Shown here: piece by piece, positions 43,326-54,821 of the stretch | Position numbering within the stretch: the stretch's first letter is position 1 | How the letters are laid out: each line of letters begins with the position of its first letter | Source: Eledone cirrhosa | Lineage: Eukaryota | Length of the DNA stretch: 64,000 nt | Assembly: GCA_964016885.1 (NCBI GenBank) | Contig: OZ024743.1 | Location: 111,972,001 to 112,036,000, forward strand | Direction: 5' to 3' | The notes under the pieces: generated by a model | Databases searched by the model: none | The model's input: the letters and a program-made list of their open reading frames with translations, nothing else | Told to the model about the DNA's origin: nothing | Program-made: the position numbers and the translations under genes

Positions 43326-43330
<5 letters not shown>
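41700..43330 (+). mobile_element. 3' part of the Naiad-like PLE (GIY-YIG, ~700-bp 3' UTR, pLTR with HHR at 43222-43314), ending in (TA)n
   Basis: ORF 41961-42380 has NVIYKC..YIGL..CNLCSEE..CKH; 43070-43330 is the reverse complement of 36425-36685. Confidence 0.92.
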
Positions 43331-43376
<46 letters not shown>

Positions 43377-44245
43377 CAGAGTGTTGTAGTTTGCTTGAAG
43401 CATTGTTGAAGAGTAAATATAAATTTTAATAATTTTGAAAACTATACAATGCATTAGAAAATTATTTACCTATTTTCTTTGGACATTGCGGATATGAGGA
43501 GACTACTGTGAATCGAGGAGGCAACGCATCACATTTTCGTTCTCAATTCAAACGAATATATGCGATTAAAGTTTATTCATTCAATAATTTACCTTCAAAA
43601 ATCTATGATATTAGGATTAAATTTAGCCACCTTTGTAACACTACACTATCAATATTTTAATATCTTTTTTTTTATTTCTTCACTATTTATCTTCTCTTAT
43701 TTTATTCTTCTTTATTCATTTTTCCTGATTTATTTAACGTAAAACACAAAACTAATTTTTAGAATATTTAGAATGTTTTGTATTAGTATAATTTTTATAT
43801 TTTTTCTTAATCTTATTATTTTTGTAGCCGTTATAAATTTTTTATAACTGTTCATAACATTTTAATTTTAATTATTCTTCATTGTTGCATGCAATTTATA
43901 AATCTCTGTACGCCTCTATACTGATCTTAGCCGTTAAGGTTTCACCGTTACTCTACGCTCATTTTTGGCCAATGTCTACTAACACAGAGTTAAAATAAGC
44001 ATATACTTCTGTAACAGTGGAATTCATGTTTGTGATTAATGAATGGTATTTTCTGAAGAGCGTAGAATTAATGTCACCATCTAAAAAATAAAATCATCCC
44101 CGTCCATCACGCCTACCAACTCAAAATGCTTAGTATTGATGACTGGTGACATTCGGGGTAATCGGCTCCCGGGAGCTTCCAACAGTAATGGTTGCATTCT
44201 TTTAAGAGTATGTCAATATTTATTTATAAAACTGCTCAATATTAT

Positions 44246-44308
44246 ATTTTATCTGATGAAAGCACACCATAATTTAACTTGGTGTCCTTGAAATATGTAT
44301 AATGAAAT
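44246..44308 (+). ncRNA. Type I hammerhead ribozyme
   Basis: attttat-CTGATGA-aag c acacca taatttaact tggtgt c ctt-GAAA-tatgta-TA-atgaaat. Confidence 0.82.
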
Positions 44309-44354
44309 AAATATGCTTTTATAAATATAGTTTCCATTTGTTAATATTGTATAT

Positions 44355-44554
44355 NNNNNNNNNNNNNNNNNNNNNNNNNNNNNNNNNNNNNNNNNNNNNN
44401 NNNNNNNNNNNNNNNNNNNNNNNNNNNNNNNNNNNNNNNNNNNNNNNNNNNNNNNNNNNNNNNNNNNNNNNNNNNNNNNNNNNNNNNNNNNNNNNNNNNN
44501 NNNNNNNNNNNNNNNNNNNNNNNNNNNNNNNNNNNNNNNNNNNNNNNNNNNNNN
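44355..44554. other. Assembly gap (200 N) within (TA)n
   Basis: Run of N. Confidence 1.
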
Positions 44555-44567
44555 ATATATATATATA

Positions 44568-44646
<79 letters not shown>

Positions 44647-44649
<3 letters not shown>

Positions 44650-44840
44650 AACCAGTAAGACCCCGACGGCTGAGCTCAAGCCGTTTCGACGGCTAATTCA
44701 AGTCCAGAATAAGCCGTCGAAACGGCTTGAGCTCAGCCGTCGGGGTCTTACTGGTTCCTATTACCCACTCTACTACCCTAAGTATTGAGTACTTTGGTGC
44801 GTTATGGTCCACCTGGTTCCTTACCACATTTCCTTCGTTA
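44647..44840 (+). mobile_element. Solo PLE pLTR end with 5' fold-back
   Basis: Matches the pLTR 3' end; 44647-44698 is inverted against 44709-44760; (TA)n on both sides. Confidence 0.9.
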
Positions 44841-45266
44841 TATATATATATATATGGGGGGGGGTATGTGTGTATGTGTGTGTGTGTGTCTGTGATAGTC
44901 CGACAGACATTGGGGACATTGAAAGTTAAGTAGGTGGATATATTCATAAATGGACACAATAATGAATGGAATTCGAGATAGATAGAATGGATCAATGATA
45001 ATTCGGATTAAATTTGAGAGAGAATGGCTGTGTGTGTAGAAATTGAATAGAAGAGAACGAAAATAGAAAAAGAAAATAATTTTAAAAATCAAGGCAATTG
45101 AGAGGACAGGTTACTGAATCAAAGCGTAGACATTATTCCCCAGGATGTTTATGGAGATAACAAAGAAAGTATATATAAGGATAGAAACGGATATTATATG
45201 AAAGTCTAAGTCAGAGAATGTAATGTAAGGTGAGTGTAATGATACGGAGAAGGAAAAGGAGAGGAG

Positions 45267-45360
<94 letters not shown>

Positions 45361-45469
45361 AACCGTGCGTATGACGTCAGCGAATAGAATTCGATACAAA
45401 AGGTATCACTGAGGAATAGAAAGACATGTTAGATCAGAAGTGTAAGAAAGATGGCGGGTAAAAATGAGG

Positions 45470-45738
45470 GACAAAAGGATAAAGAGGAAGAAAGTAAAGA
45501 AAGAAAGCAAATACCTAAAGAAAGAAAGAAGAAAAGAAAAAATAAAGAAAGAAAGAAAGAAAAAAGAAAGGAAGAAGAAGAAAGAACGATAGGAAGAAAG
45601 AAAGAAAGAAGGAAAGAAATGAAAAGAGAAGAGAAAGAAAGAAAGAAAGGAAGAAAGAGAGAAAGAGAAGAAAAAAGAAAGGAAAGAACGAAAGAAAGAT
45701 AGGAAGAAAGAAATGGAAGGAAGGAAGAAAGAAAGAAA

Positions 45739-45770
<32 letters not shown>

Positions 45771-45925
45771 TAAGGAAGACAGACCGAAAGGGAAGAAGGA
45801 AGAAATTTTAGACACCAGTCACACAGAAAGTAAGATAGAAAGAAAGAGAAAGTAAAAGAGAAAGGAAAGATAAGTTAATGAAATAAATGGAGAGAAAGAC
45901 GACTGGAAAAGAGAAAAACAAATGA
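45470..45925. repeat. Purine-rich (GAAA)n low-complexity tract
   Basis: Read directly. Confidence 0.9.
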
Positions 45926-46190
45926 GAGAGAATTATAAGACTACAAACAAAGAAAAAACATTAAACTATACATCGTCTCTTGATATATATGTTTATCTGT
46001 ATTTATATTTATGTATTTATCTACCGTTATCGATCACTTCTATCAATATATATGCATCTGTCCTTGAGTCACTTGTCTCTCTCTTCCTCTCTCTCTCTCT
46101 ATCTCTATCTCTCTCTTCCTTTATTTCTCTTATATGTAAATATATTATAAAGTAAATGGGAAAAAAGAATTACATATACATATTTAATTA

Positions 46191-46281
46191 CATATTACAC
46201 ATGTTTCACTGCCGATCGGCTCGAAGCACAATCGATTAATGTTCATACCCTTACTCTGGAATCGGGAGCTACTCAGATATG
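46191..46281 (-). ncRNA. Hammerhead with long helix II domain (G8 mutated)
   Basis: Minus strand: catat-CTGAGTA-gctcccgat tccagagtaagg..cttcgagccg atcggcagt-GAAA-catgtg-TA-atatg. Confidence 0.68.
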
Positions 46282-46338
46282 TGTTCTCACATGCGTATAT
46301 GTGTATGAAGAGAGAGAAGAGAGAGAGAGATAGAGAGA

Positions 46339-46379
<41 letters not shown>

Positions 46380-46707
46380 GAGGAGAGAGAGAGAGAGAGA
46401 GAAAGGGGGAGATTGGAAATAGCAGGGAAAATATATTTAAGGGTGTTGTTTTTCTTTTTTTACTTTCTTTGATTTGGTCAAAGTGACATTATTGAAAAAT
46501 GAGAGCAATACTTTTTAAAATGAGTTGTATAATGTATATAAAGTATAGAAAGTATTCATCTTATCAAATGGTGAGTATTACAATTAAAGAGGATTAATAA
46601 GAATTAAAAACTAAAAATTAAAGATGTAAAATTAAGTGTTGAGTTAAGATTTTTTTCAACTTCCTTGTTGAGAAAGGAGACTATATATATATAAAATATA
46701 TATATAT

Positions 46708-46855
46708 ATAACGAAGGAAATGTGGTAAGGAAGCAGATGGACAATAACGCACCAATTATTACTCAACACTTTAGGGTAGTAGAGTGCGTAATAGGAACAA
46801 GTATGACCCCCGACGGCAGAGCTCTGCCGTCGGGGGTCATACTTGTTCCTATTAT
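46708..46855 (-). mobile_element. Solo PLE pLTR end folded back at HHR helix III
   Basis: taataggaacaagtatgacccccgacggcagag|ctctgccgtcgggggtcatacttgttcctatta is a perfect palindrome. Confidence 0.9.
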
Positions 46856-46885
46856 ATAATAATATATACTAAATATATATATAAT

Positions 46886-47180
46886 TGGAAAACGAGGATA
46901 TCAGTGATGCATCGGAACTCAATTTATTACGTATTACAATTGTTTCCCAGGCGAACAGCTCGAGGTGCGATCGTGTCTGAGGAACCTACGAATCCAGAGT
47001 CAGGTTCAATCCACAAACAGATCGCACCTCAAGCTGTTTGCCGGGGGAAAACAATTGTAATACGTAATAAATTGAGTTCCGATGCATCACTGATTCTTCG
47101 TTTTCCATTTTATCATACTCTGCTCCGTAAGAACATTAGAGTGCTCAACCGGCATACCGCCTATGGACGCATAAGACATA
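46886..47180 (+). mobile_element. Fold-back element with a long-helix-II hammerhead (46972-47064)
   Basis: Arms 46886-46972 and 47020-47107; cgtgt-CTGAGGA-acctacgaatccagagtcagg..cctcaagc..-GAAA(A)-caattg-TA-atacg. Confidence 0.75.
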
Positions 47181-47289
47181 TATATAATATATATATAAGA
47201 CATATATATATATATATATATACATACATAATGCCAGTGTTCTCCAGATTTTTTAGAGAGACTTAATACACTCTCTTCTTCATGATTTT

Positions 47290-48100
47290 TTTTAGTAAGA
47301 AGATCTTTTTATTCTAAGCAATTTAATTTTCGAAACAATTCCCTTGTAGACTATGGACTGATAGAAGTTAATAATAACATCATGACATTTATGTCAAATA
47401 AACATGTTACACCTGGAGTTTTCATCGACCTTAGTAAAACCTTCGACACTGTTTATCATGGAATATTCATTTTAAAAAAAGTGAAAATTACTGGGGAAAA
47501 ACAATCATGGCTCGAATATTACCTAGGCAATATATACCAGTTTGTGCTAATTCATGATACTAAATCCGAGTACAAACCAATATCTTGTGATGCTCAATGT
47601 TAGGTTCCTTCCTTGTTCTGATATATAACAATGATACGCTACCATGTAGTTACACTTCTAAGATTTATCATGTTTGCCGAAGATATGAATCTTTTCTGAG
47701 CCGGTAAAGACTACCGAACACTGTTCAAAGAAATGACCAGCCAATTATCACTCATAAATGACTTCCTTTCAGTAAATAAGCTTTTTCTGAACGTAGATAT
47801 AACTAAGCACACTCTATTCTGTTCATCATCAGCTCATGGTGCTGATTGGCCTTTAAAGGCCCCAAACTACATTTGGTTTCAAAAGCAGCCAAAGGTCCAG
47901 ATAAATAGAGTTTCTGGGAACCTTATTGACGAAATTTTGAATTTGAAATGGTAGATTCAAGCAATAGAATCCAACCTATCGACACGAATTGGAATATGGT
48001 ACGTAAGTCTTTGGACAACAAAGCAATGAAAATGCTTTATTTTTCCTTTCTTAATACTTATTTAATATACGGTAATCTAGCTTGAAGTAGTGGCGAGAAG
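47290..48100 (+). mobile_element. Decayed LINE reverse transcriptase (CR1/L2-like)
   Basis: GVFIDLSKTFDTVYHGI, then relics of LIYxND and MFAED; multiple stops and frameshifts. Confidence 0.8.
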
Positions 48101-48434
48101 GCTCCTACTCAGACGGATGTAATGCTTGATAATAAAATAATAAACATTTATGAGATAGATTTAACTATTCACTTCAGACTAATGTTCAAGTTTCATCACA
48201 ATTGTACACTAAAATGTGTTCATGAAATATTTATAAAGACAAAAGTATAGACATGAAAAAAAGTTGAACAGCTGATTAAGAGAAATTAAGAGAAACATTA
48301 AATTTTAATAAAACTATGCAGTTTGATACTTTTTTAGTGCACAAAAGATGTATCATTATCATTTATGAATTATAAATAAGCATCAGTTACTTTTATCAAA
48401 TTGTATTCTTTTGTCTATTATACATATTATATAT

Positions 48435-48481
<47 letters not shown>

Positions 48482-48514
48482 TTGGTGTGTGAGTGTGTGT
48501 GTATATACATATAC

Positions 48515-48579
<65 letters not shown>

Positions 48580-48864
48580 ATAACATATATACATGTATAT
48601 ACGTATATATAAAGACTTTCTACTTGACTGTCGAACCTAACAGCAATAACATGAGCTTATAATCGTTCGTATAAATTTATATATTTACTTCATATAAAAT
48701 ATATTAAATATATATGTCTATACATACTACAGAGTGTCTTATAAATAACGATCATATTCGGAAAACCATCTTTAATTATACATATAAACACACACAAAAC
48801 ACATACACGCAACTCTCTCTCTATATATATATATATATAATATATATATATTTGTATATATATA

Positions 48865-48953
<89 letters not shown>

Positions 48954-49353
48954 AGTGTGTGTGTGTGGAATAGAGGCGAATGAAGGTAAGTGAGAACAAG
49001 AGAGAGAAAGGAAAACAGGGGAAAATGAGAGAGGAAACGTGAAGAGGTGAAAACTAGAGGGATATGGAGAATTATCGATGACTCATCGAAAACAATAGAT
49101 CTTTAGAGAACTGTTCTAGCAACAGTGACCTCCATACTGTGTATGTTTTTCAATGTGTGGGGCAGTGTAAATATATTTGTATGTGCGGGTGTGTGTGTGT
49201 ATGTAGCTTTGCGTGTGTGAATACAAGTGCATCGTTTGTAGCCATCTATATATAGATACGCGCACACACACAGATATAATATTGATCTTGATTCATCGAT
49301 TTGCTAAGTCACAATTCTCATACATTGCCCTGAAATGCGAATACACTCACACG

Positions 49354-49392
<39 letters not shown>

Positions 49393-49605
49393 ATGAGAAG
49401 AGACACAAACACAAACACAAACACAAACACAAACATATATATAAGCAAGTGTACACAAAAGTGTTTGTGTGTGTGTGCATTGTGTGTGTGTGTGTGTTTG
49501 TATATGCCTGTGTCTGGATCTGTGTATTTGGGTGTGTGAGAGTATCTCTGTATGTGAATGTTTGTGTTTGTGTGTGTGTGTATATGCGTGTGTGTATGTT
49601 TGTGC

Positions 49606-49643
<38 letters not shown>

Positions 49644-50098
49644 CTGCGTGTGTGTGTGTATGTGTGTGTTTATATGTAGGGTGGTGAATGATTAAGAGGT
49701 TCGCTTCGCAGTTATGAAATCCCTGGATCTTTCGCAATGCCTGCAGTATTTGACAAGTACCACTTACAGTAGATTCGGATCGAACAATGATTTTTCAGTA
49801 AATTTGTGTAAACAAAAACTGTGATGAAGCCTGTACAATTTCCTTGCGGTTCATGTTACTGGTACATGTTTCTGTAGAATGCTCAGCCACCTACTCTTGA
49901 TAAAGACCAATCCATGTGTTGCGGTATTATGGTTCGTGTGTGTGTATGTCGTGGTATACAACATGAAACGATGCATGTTTCTTTATGCGCTCATGTATGC
50001 GTATATGAATCCATAGAAACATATATACACGCACATAATCACAGACACACAAAAACACCCACACCAACACACACGCGTGCGCACATACATACACTCAT

Positions 50099-50200
<102 letters not shown>

Positions 50201-50414
50201 ATGTATGTATGTATATGTATCAATTGAAACAACGGAGTTAAAGACTCGCGTAAACCCCTGTAATTTTATGAGCTCAAGGAATATATTACCGAGCTCTCAA
50301 TAATACAGTATATAGAGAAGGAAACACAAAAAGGGGTTATGTTTTCATTTTCAAGGGGCAGAGAACCATTATAGTGAAGAATATAAGGTCTATGAAAAGT
50401 GGAGAAATACATAA

Positions 50415-50580
50415 TAATTGTTTTCAACTTTTGGCACAAGGCCAGCAATTGTTCAGTGCATTACTGGTACTTTATTTTATCGACACCCGTAAGGATGAAA
50501 GGCAAAGTTAATCTCGGCGGAATTTGAACTCAGAATGGCAAGGTGTGTAACTCTATGCGTCAAAGCATAGCGTTCGACCC
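50415..50580 (-). mobile_element. tRNA-derived SINE
   Basis: tactggtactttattttatcgac..aaggatgaaaggcaaagttaatctcggcggaatttgaactcag. Confidence 0.8.
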
Positions 50581-50960
50581 TAATAATTAAGCGGTACAAG
50601 TAAATTGTAAACAAGACATCCTTGATCCATTCACGTCACTATATATTGTTTAGTGCGCGTGTTTTCCATTTATCACCACGTGCTTTATTCAGTTGTCAGA
50701 AATATATCCATAGACGTATTGGGTATACTTTCTTTACACCTGTTGCTAATCCCTGAGAACGTGTGGTACCAGCAATTTGGCGAAACATTTTCTTCTTTGG
50801 GAATGTCCAGGTGTGTATAACTATAAAGGTGAGTTTTTTACGTTTTAATTTTACCTCTTATTTATGTATTCCCTCCACTCTTAGTACACCTCATATTGGT
50901 TCTCTACCCCTGGTAAATGAAAACGTGACCCCTTTTTCTGTGTTGCTTTCTATATACTGC

Positions 50961-51002
<42 letters not shown>

Positions 51003-51143
51003 GGTGTTAAAGTTTGCTTGAAGCAATGTGAAATGTGTAAAATATGTAGTCTAGAAAGCCACAACAATGCAGATGGGAAATCTCGAGGTAGGAAGTGAGT
51101 GAGAAATAGGAGAAAAGTGAAAATTGAGAGAAACGAAAATGAA

Positions 51144-51223
<80 letters not shown>

Positions 51224-51371
51224 GAAATAGGATTTCGCTTCAAGCATAGCTTTAGAGAATATGTATAGAAATTTCGTATTTCGAAAGTAATACGATTTTC
51301 GGAAGACGTAGCTATGCGAACACCGGTGGGCTAACGCCCTCTGGTGTTGTCCAGCAGAAACAAGGGGGACA

Positions 51372-51415
51372 ACCGTCTATGCATTTCAGGCTTGACTGGC
51401 CATCGTCAGGACTAT
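51372..51415 (-). ncRNA. Minimal type I hammerhead ribozyme (mirror copy)
   Basis: Minus strand: atagtc-CTGACGA-tggccagtcaagcct-GAAA-tgca-TA-gacggt. Confidence 0.82.
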
Positions 51416-51659
51416 CCCTCCCACTGCTTTCTGACTGCTGGACTTGAAAACAGCCGAGAATATATAATTTTCTCGTCTGTGTAAATGAGGTGATTAATCT
51501 CATTTGCATATGCGGGCTCAAATTATAATAGAAAAGAAATAGGATTTCGTTTCAAGCATAGCTCTATGCAGCTTCATATGCAAATGAGATTAATCACCTC
51601 ATTAAAACTATATAATCTCGGCTGTTTTCAAGTCCAGCATTCATAGAGCAGTGGGAGGG

Positions 51660-51703
51660 ATCGTCCTGACGATGGCCAGTCAAGCCTGAAATGCATAGAC
51701 GGT
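51660..51703 (+). ncRNA. Minimal type I hammerhead ribozyme
   Basis: atcgtc-CTGACGA-tggc cagtcaa gcct-GAAA-tgca-TA-gacggt. Confidence 0.88.
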
Positions 51704-51863
51704 TGTCCCCCTTACTTCTGCTGGACAACACCAGAGGGCGTAGGCCCCTCGGTGTTCGCATAGCTACGGTTACCTAAAATCCTATTTCTTTCGAAATACG
51801 AAATTTTTATATATATATATATATATAATATAAGATCAAAAGATGGTTAAAGGAGTTCCATGT

Positions 51864-51932
51864 ATTTTATTATGCGCATTTCAAAAACAGACATCATCAT
51901 GCAATAATATTTGTGTTTTCATCAGATAAAAC
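51864..51932 (-). ncRNA. Type I hammerhead ribozyme (mirror copy)
   Basis: Reverse complement of 52053-52121. Confidence 0.85.
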
Positions 51933-52052
51933 AGGAGAACATGATATGAAGGCTAAAAATCACTTGTGGATAGTGCAGTTTTAAATCAATATATGTTGAT
52001 TTAAAACTGCACTATCCACAAGTGATTTTTAGCCTTCATATCATGTTCTCCT

Positions 52053-52121
52053 GTTTTATCTGATGAAAACACAAATATTATTGCATGATGATGTCTGTTT
52101 TTGAAATGCGCATAATAAAAT
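52053..52121 (+). ncRNA. Type I hammerhead ribozyme
   Basis: gttttat-CTGATGA-aaacac..tattat tgc atgatg..tgttttt-GAAA-tgcgca-TA-ataaaat. Confidence 0.85.
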
Positions 52122-52248
52122 ACATGGAACTCCTTTAACCATCTTTTGATCTTATATTATGTATACTCCAGTCCTACAAACTGTAGAGTGCTTCTTATCC
52201 GATATCTGCATTGCTTTATTGTACTACAATAAAACTCACCTCCTACAT

Positions 52249-52358
<110 letters not shown>

Positions 52359-52361
52359 TTT

Positions 52362-52455
52362 GAAGGCGTGTGGCTGAGTAGTTAGAGTTCGATTCCCGGA
52401 TGGGGCGATGCGTTATATCCTTGAGCAAGACACTTTATTGCACATTGCTCCTTCT
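52362..52455 (+). mobile_element. tRNA-derived SINE head (second family)
   Basis: tggctgagtagttag (A box), gttcgattcc (B box), then ccttgagcaagacacttta; a related copy is at ~31490-31550. Confidence 0.6.
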
Positions 52456-54194
52456 ACCTGGAGTTGCGACCGATTGAGGGGAGAGGGAGACGGGGGATCC
52501 GAGCGGGGAGAGATGAAAGTTGTGTGTGTGTGTATGTGTGTAGGTGTACGTGTGTGTGTTTATATGTGGTGTGGATGTATGGAGGCGTGATGCGGAAATA
52601 GTGTAAGTGTTTGTGTGTGTGTTCCTTGATGCTTTTCCATGGACTATGAGACCGGATGTTGGAGATTCCGAACGTGGCAGGGTCGATAGCTCGTTCGATG
52701 AACCGGTGGTGTAAAATCCTGGTATGGTAGTGAAATCCTGGTATGGTAATGAGGAAGTAGAGAGTTGCGGGGTGCGCGCGCAACAGGAATTGGTCAGATG
52801 GTCAAGGCAGGGCGAAGGAGGTGGGAGGATGGAGATAGCAGTAGGGAGGTGACTGCAGGCTAAGTAATGCGGAGAGTGACAGGTATAGAGATGGTCTTAT
52901 GTGGTGTAGAACGATTGTGTGTGTGTGCGGAGCTGCGCTGGACAGGGGAGGGGATGAGTACGTGTGAAAGGTGAAGGGAGAGAGTGACGATATGGGGTGG
53001 TTGGTGTGTATGTTAGTGGAGGTGTTAGTGGGATGTGTGCACGGTGGAGAGGGGGTGAGAGAGGGAGAGGAGAAGGTGTTGGGGACAGTAGGAGGGAGTG
53101 TAATGTACTGGTGTGTGTATGCGTGTTTGGATATGAATGTGTGTATGTGTCGTAGAGTGGGTGTTAGTATTACTGATGGTGGAGGAAGAGTTGGATGCGG
53201 GTGTGTGAGTGGGGGTTAGTGGTGGTAGTTTGTGTGTGGAGTGGGTGGGGCATCGGTGTGTACGTAGGTATGGGTGAGTGTATGTGTGATGGTGTATTCG
53301 TATGTGTGTGTAATGAAGGGGAAGGTGGGGGGGGGGTAGTAATATTAGTGATGGGGTGGTCAGATGTGGATGTGAGGGTGGGGGTTGATGGTGGTAGTAG
53401 GGTATGTGAATGGTGTGAGTGCGTGTATATATGTACAGGTGGGTGTGTGCGTGTTGAGGGTGTGGGTGCGCGTGTGCCAGGAGGAGGGGTGGGGATGTTA
53501 GTATTATTAGTTTTGGGGTGGGCCAATGGGGAGGGAGAGGGCTAGGAGTGTAGTGTAGGGGACGGTGAAACTAGGGAGTGTAGTGTAGGGGACGGTGAAA
53601 CTAGGGAGTGTGTTAATGGTGTTAGTAGGGGATTGTGGGGGGAGAGGGAGACGGGCGAAGGCTAAAGGACGAAGGGTGGGGAGTTCAGACCTTTATGTAG
53701 GGTGAAGATGGTGTGTTGCCCGACCGTGAGTGGGAGGCGAGGGTCCCATGGCATTGGATCAGGCCACAGACTGTGAGGTGGTGGGCGGAATGTCCAGGGG
53801 AACCAAAGTGGCGGGCGATGGGGGAACTCCCGCCAAGACGAATGTCTCGGAGGTGCTCTGTGAAACGATCCGCCAGGCGACATCCAGTCTGTACGACGTA
53901 GGTTGCGCTGCACGGAGTGCAGCGAAGTCCATAGACGAGGCTGGAGGAGGTGCAGCGGAAAGCATGCCGGACAGAGAGAGAGAGTGGCCGTTAGGACCCC
54001 GGAAGGTGGTGGTGTTGGTGATGTGGGGGCAGGTGTGGAAGCAAGGTCTGGAGCAAGGAAGAGAACCGGGCTAACGGGGGTTGAGGGTAGGGAGCTGCAG
54101 ATGAGGAGGGAGCGGATATTACATATATATAAATATGCATATGTATGATTATTTTTGCTTCTTGTATAAATTCATAAAACACGTGAATTACTAA

Positions 54195-54821
54195 TCTGTA
54201 TATATATAAAATTAAGTGTGTGTGTCTGTGTATTACCTATAGGGGCGTACATCTTACGACCGATTTTCATGAAACTTTGCTGGCTCATAGGTTCCTCATC
54301 GGGGAGTGTTTTCTATATATCAGCGTATCGTTTCTTTTTTATTCTGGGATCATTCTGCAGATAAAATCGATAGGGGGTCACCTTTTTTTAGGTATCGAAA
54401 AATAAGATTTTTGGCTCTAGCTCCCACATTTTGCCACCGACTTCGTTCAAAATTTAAAGCAAAATAGAATTTATAATTGCAAATCCTGTAATGGCTTAAT
54501 ATTTTGCATTTGTTGTTCAGGGACGGTGTGGCAGCCGCTTAAATATTCGAAAATACCACCTTTTCGCTCAAATTCCCGCCTTTTCGACTCTAGCTCCCAC
54601 ATATTTCAACCGATTTCGTTCAAATTAGAAACTCCCTCCCCCCGCATGCCTCTTCGTCAGTCACCGGCGTTTCTCAGTGATAGAGGTCATCACCACCCTC
54701 CCCCGCATGGCCTGTGTGTGGCCATAGATGAGTCATCGAGAAGCAGTCGCTAAGATCAACACCTTTTCATCAAAGCAGATATTATTTTACCGACCCAGGC
54801 AACGCTGGGTACTACTGCTAG
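54195..54821 (+). mobile_element. Non-autonomous Helitron
   Basis: 5' a|TCtgtatatatataaaa; 3' hairpin cccaggcaacgctggg followed by CTAG|t (inserted between A and T). Confidence 0.82.

Larger units (their letters stand above)
51221..51812. mobile_element. Fold-back element (~240-bp arms) with two outward-facing hammerheads, between (TA)n tracts
   Basis: 51263-51513 is the reverse complement of 51575-51812. Confidence 0.93.
51825..52160. repeat. Essentially perfect palindrome (~165-bp arms) with a hammerhead in each arm
   Basis: The arms match by eye to the centre tcaa-tatatg-ttga (~51992). Confidence 0.95.

Noticed and set aside
45405-45435. CTGAGGA-ata-GAAA motif
   Set aside because: No room for helix II; likely chance.
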